Shown one piece after another: positions 22,816 to 36,773 of a DNA stretch of 64,000 nt. Source of the stretch: Chlorokybus atmophyticus (lineage: Eukaryota > Plantae > Mesostigma and Chlorokybus algae); contig RHPI01001037.1 in assembly GCA_009103225.1 (NCBI GenBank), forward strand, positions 372,001 through 436,000, written 5' to 3'. The notes beneath the pieces are model-generated. The model saw nothing but the letters and a program-made list of their open reading frames with translations, made no database searches and was not told where the DNA came from. Position numbers and translations under genes: made by a program. Each line of letters begins with the position of its first letter. The stretch's first letter is position 1.

Positions 22816-24450
22816 ATGGCGCTGTCGTCGGGACAGAAGCCACTGTACGCCGTCGTGGGTGCCGGCGGCAAGACTGGCTCTCTCTGCGTGCAGGAGGCGC
22901 TCAGGCATGGTATGGACACTGGCAGGTCACTGCATGGAATAGTAACGTACTTGTCTTTACTGTGTGTCTTTGTGCTCATATACCTGAGGCTTTTGTCGTC
23001 CTCAAGCAGCAATCACCTTCCGCTTGTAGGGTACAGGGCAAGGGCGGTGGTGAGGGACCCGAGCAAGTATGCTGGCAAGTTCGAGCCGGATGCTGAGGTA
23101 AACCCGCTAAGTTGCAACGCACAAAGGCTAACCAGAACTCTAGTTCCCATTTCTGGACAGTATAATCCCCATTATGGAACTTCACCTATGTGTGGTTGGT
23201 GATGCATGTGCATGCAGGTTGTTGCTGGGGACGTCAAGTCGCCCGCCACACTCAGCCAAGCGCTGGACGGCGCCAAGGGCGTCATCTTTGCTGCTTCCGC
23301 CGCCTCATACTTTGACGCCTACAACGTGGACTACAAGTATGCCCCTCCCCCCCNNNNNNNNNNNNNNNNNNNNNNNNNNNNNNNNNNNNNNNNNNNNNNN
23401 NNNNNNNNNNNNNNNNNNNNNNNNNNNNNNNNNNNNNNNNNNNNNNNNNNNNNNNNNNNNNNNNNNNNNNNNNNNNNNNNNNNNNNNNNNNNNNNNNNNN
23501 NNNNNNNNNNNNNNNNNNNNNNNNNNNNNNNNNNNNNNNNNNNNNNNNNNNNNNNNNNNNNNNNNNNNNNNNNNNNNNNNNNNNNNNNNNNNNNNNNNNN
23601 NNNNNNNNNNNNNNNNNNNNNNNNNNNNNNNNNNNNNNNNNNNNNNNNNNNNNNNNNNNNNNNNNNNNNNNNNNNNNNNNNNNNNNNNNNNNNNNNNNNN
23701 NNNNNNNNCCCCCCCGCGCCGCGCATGTCACATGTGTGCGAGTTTGCCTGCTGAGTGTGTTGTGTCTCTATCAGGGGTTTAGAGGCCGTGGCGAATGCGG
23801 CAAAGGAGCGTGGGTTGGATCGTGTGGTGGTGGTGTCCTCCATGCTCGTGACGCCGAAGAACAGGTGGAACCCGATACGCCTTATTCTTAACAACGTCAA
23901 GTGGGGCCTCATGGACAACAAGTTCAGAGGTGCGTGCAAGCGTCTGAGAGCATGCTTAGCATGCAGTCATGCATGCACGTGCACACACATAATAGCCAAA
24001 GTATGTGTACGTGCATGGGCGCCCGCCCGCATAAATGCGTGCACACGCACACACACCTCTGTAACTTTGCATACAGGTGAAGAGGCATTGCGCAAGAGCG
24101 GCGTTCCATACACCATTGTCCGTCCCGGCGGCCTGTCTGATGATCCTCCAAAGGGCCTCGGAGCCGTGAAGGTAATCACTAGAAGACACCATAGCAACTC
24201 TCTTATACACACTCCAGGCCGCATCCCTGAAAATCTACTCCGCTCCACGCAGGTGCTACAGGGCGATACCGGCAGTGGTGGTGGGCGGATCTCCCGCGCG
24301 GATGTCGCAAAGGTGTGTGTGGAGGCGCTGGCGGAGCCCACCGCCAAGAACATCACGCTCGAAATCATGGGCAAGCCAGGTGTTCAGGAAGTCTCTGCTG
24401 CTGACATGGTAACGCCCAGTGCTTTCTTTAGCACGCTGGCGACGGATTGA
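22816..24450 (+). CDS. NAD(P)-binding Rossmann-fold protein (atypical SDR, NAD(P)H-binding/NmrA/TIC62-like), 6 exons
   Basis: YAVVGAGGKTG (GxxGxxG), AVVRDP, VVAGDV, VIFAAS, VVVVSS, EEALRKSGVPYTIVRPGGL and ISRADVA, with consistent GT/AG junctions. One intron contains an N gap. Confidence 0.9.
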
Positions 24451-24867
24451 GCAGCTCGCGTCAGACACATTCCTTGTACAGGCAGTTGTTAGTCTACTGA
24501 TAGCCAGGGGTAGCCATTGCAGACTGTGCTGTTCGCACACAGTTGTCAATATCAGCAAAGTTTACTGCAGCATAGTAACAGAATTTGATCTGATTGCCCT
24601 TGCAAACTGTAACATCAGGTAATTCAGCAGTTTACTAAATGACACACAAAATCCTGCAAAGTCATCATCTGTGGGACAAAATTGTCTCTCTCTCATAGTG
24701 GTGGAACTGCAAACCACTACCATCAGAGTCATTGTTGGAACGGACTAGTCAATAGGTCATAGTTCACTTGACACGTCCGTCAGTCTGTTTCAGTTGCAGT
24801 GCTAACTGCATAGTGGAAGGCTTTACCCTCTATCTGGTGTGACTCATGACCAACTGAAAATATGGTG

Positions 24868-27325
24868 TCAGTGCGCAGCGGCTTCCACAAAGCGTGCAAC
24901 TTCCGGATATCCTGCCTCCTTGTACAGCTCAGCAAGCTTAGGAATCGAATCTTGCCATTGGTTAGATGCTGAGCATATGTCCATCATAAACGCCGCTTGA
25001 TCCAATGCGACCTGACGGAGGAACAACAAGCTCTCTCAGCCGACACATCAAACACACACTGCTAACAACACCGGCATTTCCACCCTCGCGTGTTGGTCAC
25101 AAGTCAAGCAATTGTGCGCGTGCAGCACCTGGGCCGGAGCTTTGCCCTGGACAATATCGTTCTGTTTGGTCTCTTCGCTGAGCTTCTCTCGCACAAACTC
25201 TATGCCGCTTTCGCCATATCCTGCCAAATCCGCCACCTCCTGCATGAGAACCACACATATAAATTTAGCGCACTGGTGAGCGGACACTTCTTATCAAAAC
25301 ATAGTGGTGTGCTAACCGTGAATGGCGTGCCAAGAGTCCACCAGGGATTCCTGAGCGCGACGCGGGCTGCATCCCGGGCTTCCAGGGGACGGCCAACTCT
25401 GCCAGCATAAACAGACTTCTCAGGTCACAAACAGCAGACAGGCAGCCACACAGATGGAACAACAATAAGCAGACCGACAGACATGCAGTAAGGTACGACA
25501 CAGGCGTGCACATGGACGCGCACGCTTGGACTCGCACACAGAGACAGACACTCATCCTGCTTGACCACACGCTTGCTCTATACCTGTTTAGGGTCAGCGC
25601 GTTAAACGCGTACGGCCTGGCCCACCCAGGAAAGTGCCCCCGACAGTACCACTCAATCGTCACCAATGCAGACACCTGCCAGTACAACTCACATCGCACA
25701 TGCAATGCATGCAGAACATCCCACCATGTACACTCTACAACCACTGAACACAAGACTTCGTGCACGCGGACAATGTGTCATAACTGCAAGTTTTACCTCA
25801 TCCTGCTTGTCTAAGTGCCCTTGCGTGAGACGCTCAAACACATCAGGAAACATGCCAACCTGCACATGAGTCAGGTGAGCAGCAGCTTGCAGACAGCCCA
25901 CCAACCAAAGCTTTGTAGAACAGTTGCACTGTTTGGTTGTGCACAACATGAACACTGGCATTCAGTCACTCTATGCAACGGCAGTTGCGACATTTGACAT
26001 AGTGACAGATCGCGACCAACCTGCTTGAGGAAGAACACGTCCAACCTTTTCAGCCTCGACGCAGCAACATCTCCCGACTTGTATAGTTGCGCCCCACATT
26101 CACCAGCTGCCTCTGCAAGCAGGCGCTGCTGTACTCCCGACTCCAGGGCGTTCACGTCCTCCTCAGCAAGCATGCGGTGGATGTACGTTTCTGCCTGACA
26201 CAAGCAAGTAAGTACACCTTTCTAGCAGCACCTTGAATGAATGTGTTAACTCCAAGGTCGACTACGATAACCCAACCTTTGACAACGCGGTGCTAGCACG
26301 TCATTGGTGGTGTTGCAGGCAAACACAGCAACACATGCTGGCCGCTCTAGTATGCAAGCTGCATTGCACTTACCGAGGTAGCGAGGAGCTGCAGGCCATG
26401 ATCAGTCGCTCTCACAACAGGCATTGGCAGACTGCAGACATAGCCGCATGTTCAACGCCGTTGCTATGTGTCCGCTCCCTTGTGACCAACTACGATGATG
26501 TCCAAGTATAGCATGTTACAACTCAACTTACTTTTCGGGAGGTGTAGGCCAGCGCAACAGGCCAGTGACCTCCCCTAAGAACAGAGCACAGCAAAGAGAG
26601 CCGTATGAGCCAACACTCAACTCGTTTGATAACAATCTGCGTATGATACCTACATGCAGATGAGTGCATACTTGACACCTGAAGAATAAAGTAAACAGCT
26701 AAAAGCATTGAATGGCAAACAACAGTGGTGTGCGTGGTTGTACCTGATGAATGCCTTGTGAGTGGAATGACCAGAGGCACCATGCCAGCTCGCTCGGTAG
26801 GCGCAACAACCTTTTCTCCTGCAAAACCAGTGCGGGTCAGTACACTTGCAATCAATGTTTGATGACTACGACTGCTGCGTTGCCACATACCTTTTGCTTC
26901 AAGCACTCTCAACAAGGCTGGGAGATTGGCGGGAGGAGTGAATGCAGCCACATCCGAGATGTAGTTTGTATGCTCTGTCAACGACACCATGTCAATGCGA
27001 TGTGCATTGTCGCACGCAATTGTTAACGAAGCAATAATGTGTACAAAATCAGCGCACGTGATACGAAGTGAACGTTTGAACCATTGGACGCTTTTCATAA
27101 GACACATTACGGCTGTCAGTCTGACAAGCTGCGTTGCGCATGTGCTGTACATGCAAGCATACATATCATACCTGGTGCGGATATCGAGCAGGTGCTGCGC
27201 CGCCTCCAGCACCTGCTAGACTGCGACTGCGCCCTGCGTATGGAGCGCTTGCCTCCACTGACAACGGCTGGGCCAGCGATGGCCGCCACAGCGCTCACGG
27301 CCACCTTCGCAACAACGGCAGCCAT
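24868..27325 (-). CDS. PAB: Protein in chloroplast ATPase biogenesis (PAB), with transit peptide
   Basis: Exons give YIHRMLAEED, FFLKQVGMFPDVFERL, FPGWARPY, VGRPLEARDAARVALRNPWWTLG, GKAPAQVALDQAAFMMD and LYKEAGY. These match Arabidopsis PAB as recalled. The N-terminus is A/S/R-rich. Confidence 0.85.
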
Positions 27326-27473
27326 CGGGAAGGGGTGCGCCAGTGACAGCCAGCTGCACAACACAAACGATTTGACAACATCATACTAAACCCATGACAT
27401 TCATGTGGAGCAGAGTTGACCAAGGAGACGTAGCAAGCATGCAGAGAAGGGAGAGCTCGCAAACCAAGCCACG

Positions 27474-27513
27474 TATGGGCTTGATGGGCTTGATCAAGCC
27501 CATCAAGCCCATA
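27474..27513. repeat. 40-bp perfect palindrome about 150 bp upstream of the PAB start
   Basis: TATGGGCTTGATGGGCTTGATCAAGCCCATCAAGCCCATA is identical to its own reverse complement. Confidence 0.95.
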
Positions 27514-27957
27514 TGTTGTAGCCGTGCGTTGCACGGTAACCAGACAGGCAGTACAGGCGTTGGCGACATTGATTGAGAGCAATTCAGTGACAAGCCCCTC
27601 CCGCACGCAGTTGACGACAACAGCTACGACAGCTACGGCAGCTACGGCATTCACCACGACCATGACATGCGTGGCAATGTGGCCAGCAGGTCCGCGTTGT
27701 TGAGGACAACCACATGGACTAGCAGAACCACTGAACGTTGAGCTCAAGGTACGCACACCACATACACCTGAGCCTCACCTCTCACAGCAGGTAGCCGCAC
27801 GCAGCAGCGCTTGCCGCCTCCGCCACCACCGCCGCCTGCGTACCCAACGTGTTTTGCCGTAATTACGTCACGAATTCCACCGTATCATGGACCATCATAA
27901 CATAATCATGGTTCACTGTTATGTCATAATTGCGAACATCAATTAGCCTGTTTACCA

Positions 27958-28154
27958 CCGTAGAAAAAGCACATGATCTACGTCATGTTACAACCGGAGA
28001 ATTATCAATTGCCTTGGGTTGTACTCTAATACGGTATTACAGGCCTTGTGAACAGCAATAACAATAACATTTTTGCGGTCAGCATAGCGAAAGGCTGAAA
28101 TGACATATAACTCTAGAGCTCAAATGATAAGTAGTAATGTACGTATTTCTACGG
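27958..28154. mobile_element. Diverged second copy of the 8219-8423 MITE, in inverted orientation
   Basis: Termini CCGTAGAAA...TTTCTACGG followed by TA. Internal TGCCTTGGGTT and GGTATTACAGGCCTT match the reverse complement of the 8219 copy at equivalent spacing. Length is 197 bp. Confidence 0.6.
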
Positions 28155-28410
28155 TACCACAGTTCTCAGCGTAGCATGCAATTTTTTGGCGTCGACCATG
28201 GTTATCTTATCGGCTGCAAAAGCCGCTCGCAAAATGCATGTATGCCAATACCCGAGTCAGCATGCCGTCTCTCAGATTACGCTCTCAGCTGTAGCCCGCT
28301 GATTACGCTGAGCTGTGCGGCAGATTGTCGTCGTCGTGGTTGTCGCCGACGAGGGTGTTGTCTAGCTCGTCGTCAGGGGCGGTGCATGTGTGTGCAAAGG
28401 GACCAGTACA

Positions 28411-29122
28411 ATGTTCAACAGCGCCGCCTCGCGCAGCGAAGTGCGCACGCAGAAGAAGGTTGAGGAAGGTGAGAGCAGCTGGTGACACAGTATGCTGCCA
28501 CAACCTGCACGCATCACAAACAAGCTGCCCCATGCACAACATGTTGGTCGTTAGCACACACTAGCCAATGTCACTCTGCTTCACTGCTGTGTTGCATTCT
28601 TCACTACACCCAGCTCGTGTTTGGGACTGGCTGACTGGGGATTGCATGTCAAGGTTTTGGTTGCGTTTCCTCATGCTTGTGCATGCGTGTTGGGGTTTGT
28701 GTAGCTTTGCGCAGCAAGATGAAGAACAGGGCGCTGCAGCTGTGCGATCCTGTCATCCGCAAGTACGCCGAGTGCGCGACGGGCAGGACGCTCTCAATCG
28801 TTTGGGCCTGCAAGGACTCGGCCAAGGATATGAACGACTGCTTGCACCAGCAGTGAGTGCTTGTGCGCGTGTGTGCGTCTCATGCCCTCATACTTGAGCA
28901 TCAGGTAGCTAAGGGTAAGAAAGAGTGCACAGAACATGCAGTAAACATGGTTGCTGTTGATCTGAGTTCTTTGTCCACATGTTTGCATAGCATTGTCAGA
29001 GCAACCGCTCGGTCTTACTCTACGCCTTGATTTGCAGCACGACCGAGCAGGTGCTTGATGAGTTCAAGCAAGAGTACCTTGCCAGCATTGGCAGACGCAG
29101 CGATGGCACCCAGGCTTCATAG
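28411..29122 (+). CDS. CMC1: CMC1-like twin CX9C mitochondrial cytochrome c oxidase assembly protein, 3 exons
   Basis: VRTQKKVEE|ALRSKMKNRALQLCDPVIRKYAECATGRTLSIVWACKDSAKDMNDCLHQ|HTTEQVLDEFKQEY, containing two CX9C motifs. Confidence 0.8.
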
Positions 29123-30188
29123 CTACACAACAGCAGTGTACCACTCAACCAACGAGCGCTGGGGTGACAAACAATCCATTTGGACCGCTCACACCAGTGC
29201 AGAGAGGTTGATGCCTCTTGCTTAAAAAGCACCTGTGCAGCCTTTTTCAGTCGAAGTTCTGACCTCAGTGAACTTTTGGCAGGTTGCGCTGTGTGACCAG
29301 GTGAGTTTTTGGCTAGGCATTAACAACTTTGCAACATTGTGCGGTCTACCACTTGCAGGGTCAATTGGTGACAGCCTGCCCATAGCAAAGGTTGCTTCGG
29401 CCTTGACCTGTTCCATTGCGGACAGCACTCCATGTCTACATGTTCTGTGAAATTGGTTTCGAGCTAGGGAACATAGACATAAACGACTGTTGACAATGCA
29501 AGACGTCAGAAGCGCTTCATGTGTACTTGCTGTCACGGGAGTGGGTGGCATGTGCATCGTCAAGGATGCAGCATCATCCGGATCAGGGGCTGAATCTACA
29601 CACGTGTAGCTGGAGTCTACTTGCTTCGGTCATGATTTGACATTGTTGGGTACCACCACATGATGTTGTCACAACCTGCTGTGCACTGTATGGAGCATGC
29701 GTGCACAGTAAACCAACCCTCACAACAGCGAGACTGGACAGGAGCGGACCAAAGTGCACTGCAGCCTACCATGCACCCAAGTATCGAAAAGTAATTAGGC
29801 AGTGGTCAATGGAACCGCAAAGTGAAACTAGAATAGACCAGACTGGGTGGCAGTAGACCGCAACTTGGCATACAACATCAGATTGAGCTGAACAGCAAAA
29901 GTTTTTTAACCGCTGCCAACCAGCTGCACACCACCTTCACTGTTGCCATCAATGAGTCCAACGGCCAGGTGGCACAACCAGCTTGGCTGGCCTTGGCACC
30001 ACAAGTGATGAACGCACCAGCATGCAAATCTGGACACTGGAGGCAGCGGGGAGCGGGTGCAATAAGCGGAGGACGACATACCAATTTTCTCTGCTGACTA
30101 CGGTCAACCTACCACTGGTGCAATGGCAACCTAACAGACAGAAGTTTCTATACAAGTGCTTGTGAGTCTGTACGTGTGTATATCTGAT

Positions 30189-33100
30189 CTACCACTGAAA
30201 CTTGGCATCAACCAAAACCTGCTCGTACAACTCCGCAGCGTGATCCCATGACAGGTCCTGCGCCATGCCGCGTAGTTGTATATCGCGGAAGGAGTCTCTA
30301 TGTGAGCGAAACGTGTAGAGCGCATTGCCCAGAGCGTCAATCAAGCCCTGAGGCTCCGCCTTCTCGAATGACCAGCCTGAGCCGCGGTTCTCATAAGGAT
30401 CAAAGGGCTGCACGGTGTCGCGAAGGCCGCCGACAGAGTGCACAACTGGGACAGTGCCATAGCGCATGGCATACAGCTGATTAAGCCCGCATGGCTCAAA
30501 CCGAGACGGCATCAGCAGCAAGTCTGCTGCGGCTGTAATGCGGTGAGCCACCTGCACTGAGAACCCAACCCAACTCCGCACTTTCTCGCGATTGTGCGAC
30601 TCCATGGACCGCAGCGCCTCCTCAAGGTCTTGCCGCCCGGTGCCCAACATGACCAACTGTATGTCCTGCTGCATCAGCCACCACTGCGCCTGCTGAATGA
30701 TGTCTACGCCTTTCTGGTAGTCCAACCTCCCAATGAACCCAAGCATGGGCACATCTGGTCTCTCTGGAAGTCCAAGCTCTCTCTGCAGCAGGATACACTA
30801 TGAGCACTCAACCCGGCATTGCAGATGCATAAACTGAAAGCAACTAATAGACAGCATGATAGGCCGACCAGCTAACTTGCACATGCATGCCAGTCCAGCT
30901 CACCTGCAGTGCGGCCTTGCATGCAGCTTTTCCTGCTTTGAGAGTTTCTGCTGTGAAGTTTTGGTAACCATCATTCTGCAAGAACACATCTGTTGCAGGG
31001 TCCCACTCGCTTGTATCTACACCATTTACAATGCCACGGAGCTTCCAGGAATGCTCGCGCATAACATGGTCCAAGCCCCAGCCTCCATCCTGAGTTTGAC
31101 ATTCCCAAGCATACCTAAAGCATACAGCAGTCAAGTTAGTCCCACACTCTACGGGTTACCTATTGCAAGCACAACTGATGATGTGATCTCACGTCACATG
31201 ACTCGTTGTTCCCCTTAGCATACTTGTGCTCCTTACCCATGTGACACGGCCACAATGCGGTGGGCCGAGATCAGCCCTGCCATAAAGATGTTCATGTGCA
31301 CTCCTCCGAAAGGGTCGTCTAGGTAAAAGTGTCCACGATAATGCTCAGGCAGGCCAAGGCGCTCAAACTCTGCCATTGGACCTCGGCCTTGGTGCGCTAT
31401 ATTATGGATTATCAAGACTGCGCGCGCATAGTAGAAGAGCCCATGATCTCTGTAATATGCCTGCAAACATGCATTGCACTTAGGATCCATTTCACGCCCC
31501 CCCCCCCCCNNNNNNNNNNNNNNNNNNNNNNNNNNNNNNNNNNNNNNNNNNNNNNNNNNNNNNNNNNNNNNNNNNNNNNNNNNNNNNNNNNNNNNNNNNN
31601 NNNNNNNNNNNNNNNNNNNNNNNNNNNNNNNNNNNNNNNNNNNNNNNNNNNNNNNNNNNNNNNNNNNNNNNNNNNNNNNNNNNNNNNNNNNNNNNNNNNN
31701 NNNNNNNNNNNNNNNNNNNNNNNNNNNNNNNNNNNNNNNNNNNNNNNNNNNNNNNNNNNNNNNCTTACTTTCACTCCCCCCCTAACCCCAACACCACACA
31801 TGCAAGGATAGGACATTTTGGGGACCGCAGGTACCAGCATACAACATACAACGATGCACATGACGTCTGACACGAGTGATTCAAAGTGATAGCACACCCA
31901 GGAATGCAGTTGTACCTGGAGGTATACAGGGAGGAGTGCCGTATGCCAGTCGTTGGCTATGAATATGAGGTTCTCATCGCCATACACAACACCACCGCAA
32001 GGCACATGCCAAGGAGCCTGCCACAATAGCAGTTGACACAATGCTAAATAACTCTACTACTCTGATATAGGGACGCTCGTGTGCAAACCGCTGTGTTTCT
32101 CTGCTTGCAACAGCGAACACAATCAATGCGGTCTGTTTACCTCAATGGCGGCCTTGCACAGCAGGATGCATCGGGATTGAACTTCCTGTTCAAGTGACTG
32201 CATTAGTCATTGGGGAGTGGCAGACTCCGGCAAAACGCTCAAGCGCAACGCTCCACAATGTGACAGATCAGCCAGTGAGCATTGCCATGCATACCTGTCG
32301 CGTGCCTCCATAGATATTGTGGGCAAAATTATGGAAGCAAGCATGGTCAACGAAAACAAAGTCCACGCCGTCTTTATAGCCTTGGAAGTAACCAACCTCC
32401 TGACTCTGCACAGGAAGAACAGCGACATGTGAGTAACAGGTGATGCAACTGGAAAGAAACAGAAGTTCTCATGATAGGTGAGCATGTGGCACTCAAACCT
32501 ACAGTGCAGTGCACACATAACGCCCCCACACCTATACCATGCGTGAAGAAACATACAAAAAGTGACAATGGCAGCTGCTATGCAAGCAGACCAATAAGGG
32601 CAGTCCACAGAGCAAAGCCAATTCTGTGCACATACACGCAACCCCACTGCCCTTGCCCTGCGATATGTAAAACCAAGATATAACAATTTTGTAGCGTACC
32701 TGGCCATCCACATCGAAGTAACGGCGGACTCCCGTGTCCCAAGCAACATCGTAGTTGCTGTATCGTGGAGCCACAACCTGAGGCACAACAAGACGGTGCA
32801 CACTGAGTAAACGCTTGCTCGACAAAATATTACATACGCTCCAGTAGCACATACATACCATAACACGATGACCACGCCTAGCTAGAGCTTTGGGTAATGA
32901 CCCGACAACATCGCCCAATCCACCTGCAAACGATGCTGGTCAACAAATATCTACAGTACATGACAGCATATCGCCACTTGCGCACATTGTATGCAAAGCT
33001 GAAAAATCGCTTGAACAATAGCTTGAATCAACCAACCGCTTGCCATCACAAGCTTGTCACATCTGCATGAGCTGCTGCTCAAGAGGAGTTGCATCAACTT

Positions 33101-34015
33101 GATGAGCTGTGAGTTTAAATTGTGCAAGCATCGCAGACAAACTAATCGTGTGACAAAGCAGCAATGTACACGTGAACACTAAGCTAACTAAATAACGACT
33201 TCACCTGTTTTGGACCAGGGAGCGCATTCGGACGCAACAATCACAATGTTCATGACATTGGGTCCGGCCAGGGGCTCCTTCTTCTCGGGAGCAGGTGGAG
33301 GTGCCGCCTGCGCGACGGGTGCAGGCGCTGGCGCAGGTGCGGGTGGTGGCGACACAATCTCCGCAGGCCGGGGCGCGGGTGGACGCCTTCTCCCTGTGGC
33401 CGGTGATGAAGATCTTGCATTGGTTGTGCTTGGTGTCGCCTGTGGTGGTGCTGTCTGGGGTTTGATAGGAGAAGAAGGAGGAGCGATGGTCTCCAGTGCA
33501 GAGGAGCGGGATCTTGACTGGACAGCTGTGGCCGTCCCTCGTGAAGAAGATGAGGTAGTGGAGGACTCTGAGGACGACACCTCCGCTTGCAGCTTGTCGA
33601 GGGAGTTCTGAGCGGTTTGAAGGCGGGCGGCGGAGGAGCCGACCAGATCGGAGGCGGCGTCGGCGGGGAGGCGCCCCTCGTTGATGGACTGCAGCAGCTC
33701 TGCATGCAGTCGCTTCCGCTCCTCTATCTGAAGCAGCAGCTCGCGCTGCATCTCCCACAGACGGCGGCTCTCCAACTTAAGGGCACTCTTCCCGTCCCCA
33801 CCACGCTCCTGTCCATCCCCACTCTCATCCCTGAACCTGGAGAAGGAGGACGAGGATCTGCTGGTGACCACAGTGGCTGGGCCAGCACTGCGCCCTCCTC
33901 CTCCGTGCCGCCCCCTCCCAGACCCCGGTCGCCTCTGCTCCGCCAGCAACGGCGCACCCCTTCGCAGCCCCTGCCACCCTCCAGCCGTCCACGCGGCCTC
34001 CGCCACCGTTACCAT
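30189..34015 (-). CDS. SS2: Soluble starch synthase II (GT5), plastid-targeted, multi-exon
   Basis: [25 protein letters not shown]|[73 protein letters not shown], and the SSII-type terminus [12 protein letters not shown]. Confidence 0.95.
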
Positions 34016-34976
34016 GGCCGCCGCCGCCGCCGCCCCACCTCACCGCTGCCCACCACCCATGCGCTGAGCCACAAGCAGCAGCACCAGTCTGGTCCGCATG
34101 CATTAGGGTTTGAAGCCCTCCCTGCAATCCATCGACTTACTCGTCCCTTACCCATTCATTCCCAACCTGACCGCGGTTAGTGCTGCGTTTGCCCCGTAAG
34201 AATAACCGCGGTCTCTAGCCGGAAGAGAGATCCCCCGCCTGGCAATACGCATCTCTCTCATCTCCTGCAGCCAGCCCCGGAACTTCCGGACATCAACTGG
34301 GCAGAGTGACAGATATCCAACAACAGATGCTGACATCGAAGGGTCGGATGCAACTCCGCCAGCATGGATGTTGGCCGCGCAAGCCTGGCGCCGTACCAAT
34401 CCATCTGCCCAATGGGCACCGATGATTGCGCTTTACCCGCACTGTCTTCGTGAGTTTGTGGCAAGGAGAGTTTGCCTCGAAACTTTTGAGGCAAAACTGC
34501 TGACGCTCGTGCGTGTGGACATACATGACATGTGGGTAGGCTGCGCACATTGCTGCGTTCCATGGCCGGGGTAAACCGGTCCTGCTCCCATTGCGAGGAA
34601 ACCTTCCATTCCCGCTTCAAAGATAACTTTGTGTGGTCACAAGTTAAGTGACAACAGTCGGCGGTGTATAGATCGGCGGTGCATGTCCGGCAAATTGCCG
34701 GCGGCAATTGCAGCCTGAACCCCTTGAGTCTGGTGTAAGCGACGGTCCGGCGTCAGAACGCTAGCGCCATGCATTAAAGCCAGAAGCCCGGGTTTTTGTC
34801 ATAGTAGCGACTCGCAACGGCTTCTGCTGTTGAACTTGCTGGAAGGTTCCGCTTCGGCCACAATGCGAGTTTACTGGGCTGGGCTGGGCTGGTCGTCGGC
34901 GGCGGCGGCGGCGGTTGGCCAGGGTTGGCGTGGCTGCCCTGTGGTGGTCGCTTAATTAGGCGTGGGCCGGCAGGAT

Positions 34977-36470
34977 ATGCGCCGTGCTAGGGTTGACAGC
35001 CCCCCTCGTGTGTGGGGAGAGGAGGATGCCCCGCCGCCTCACAAGCGATTCAGGGCTGCGCTGCCAATTGACGAGCAGCCACGTTTTCACCATCAAAGTC
35101 AAAGTTATGGTGGCGTTCTAGCTGTGGATAACTACGTTTGTACTTCTTTGCCGTCTTCGCCGTTTACTGTTGGCAACGGAGGAGCAGATTTCCCAGATGG
35201 AAACTGCCCCTACAACATCCAGCCCGCCCCCAGCGCTTCCCCTCCTGTTGAACCAGTTGCGAACGGTGAGTTGACCAGTCATCTGGCAACAGTTGTTGGC
35301 CAGCTGCAAAACACAGTTGCTAGTAATTTGTTTGTCAAAAGGTGGCATGCACCACGACCATGCTTGCCGTTTCTCTGTGGTTTGGAAGTGCAAACCATAG
35401 AGAAACGGTGGTGCGTTGATGTTTACACGCTCGTAGTAGAGGTACTTGCCGATCAACCGACCTACTACGTCGGTACCAAGAAGCAGTTTGCAAAGCGACT
35501 GGAAATGCAAACTGCGTAGTGACACCCTTGGTGGGTACGGTTGGTTACCAACAGCGGTGGTGCATTCTGCACATGGATCATAACTTGTTTGGTTGACGAG
35601 CTGCATTCCGCACATGCCAAAGCCCTGCGCACCGGAACCTTACTCAACGGCATGCATACCTATGTGTAGTCCTGAAGAGGGCAGGCCTCGTAGTGCATGG
35701 TGTCATACGCGCGCTCAAGTGTCTCAGAAGGCAGTTGGGCGTTTGTACTCGTTATGGACTGCAGCTTGTTCTTAAGGTTGTACAGGCTTATCCTTAGGAT
35801 GTTTCGCTTTCAGCAGCTGTCTGTGGCGCACTAGTTGCAAGCTAGTGCTGTATATTCAAGCTGGCTCGTTGTTCTGTTGTTGCTCGATCGCATGCGGTAC
35901 ACAGCATCAAGCTCGATAATAATTGAATAAGAGTGAACTTTCGCAAAACCAAGCATGCAATGCCACTGTTACATAGCGTGGCATGCTTCCTGGGCAGTTG
36001 GTTATTGTTGTCCGAAGGGGGATTGAGAGTGAGTTGCTGCCACAGGTGATCAACAACAACATCCCGAATGGCATGGTGTTGCACTGAGCCTGCAGTTGCC
36101 GCGCGAATTGCTGCCACCCATGCCTGCACTGCACTCACCCACCGCAACCTCAATGTCGCAATTGATCAGCAATACCAGTCAAGCATCACCCGAGGCCATG
36201 GCGCTCGTGCCCTGGAAACCCAGAGAGGTCACCCTTTGTGAGGCGTTTGTCAAAGAGTCTTTGGGAGGTAGCGCACGCGTCTCCAGGCCGATAATGAGCA
36301 GCACGGTTGTTGATGACACTAATGACATCGACGATGTTGACCCTCAGGAAGGCGACATGGACATAGATAATAGGCCTAACGACGGGTTTGTACATTTAGA
36401 CAATGGCAATGGGTATAGTGGCCCATTGAGCAATGGGGGTGGTGTTGGTCACTGGGGGTGGGTGTCGTGA
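34977..36470 (+). CDS. Hypothetical protein (disordered; PPxKRFR ... ALVPWKP ... MDID motifs); exon structure uncertain
   Basis: First exon MRRARVDSPPRVWGEEDAPPPHKRFRAA ends at a GTGAG donor. Terminal ORF 36096..36470 has AMALVPWKP and DMDID, reminiscent of an uncharacterised plant family (from memory only). Confidence 0.4.
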
Positions 36471-36773
36471 TAGAGTTGTTAGTTTCTGCTGGTCAGAGTT
36501 AGGCAGCGCAGCGCTGCCAGTGGAGAGCCTGCCAGTTATGTATAAAGCTGCAAGTGTTTCAAAGTCTATAGCGCAAAGCATCTTGCCTGATCGCTGGTAT
36601 ATCTGGAGGTTACAAAATACCAAATGCACACTGTGTTCATGTAGCACCCAATCTCATACATTCACACTAGTACACATTGCAGCTAAGCCAGCACTTGCGA
36701 ACAGAGTTGCTATCTGGCACTGGCTGCCGCATGTCTATAAACATGGAACGTTATCATCACCAAGTGCAGCTTG

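Noticed and set aside
23174-23939. ORFs running through N gaps (also 8390-8758, 31329-32041, 58854-59323, 63353-64000)
   Set aside because: Their length comes from X runs across assembly gaps, several of which are flanked by poly-C/G or (GA)n tracts.
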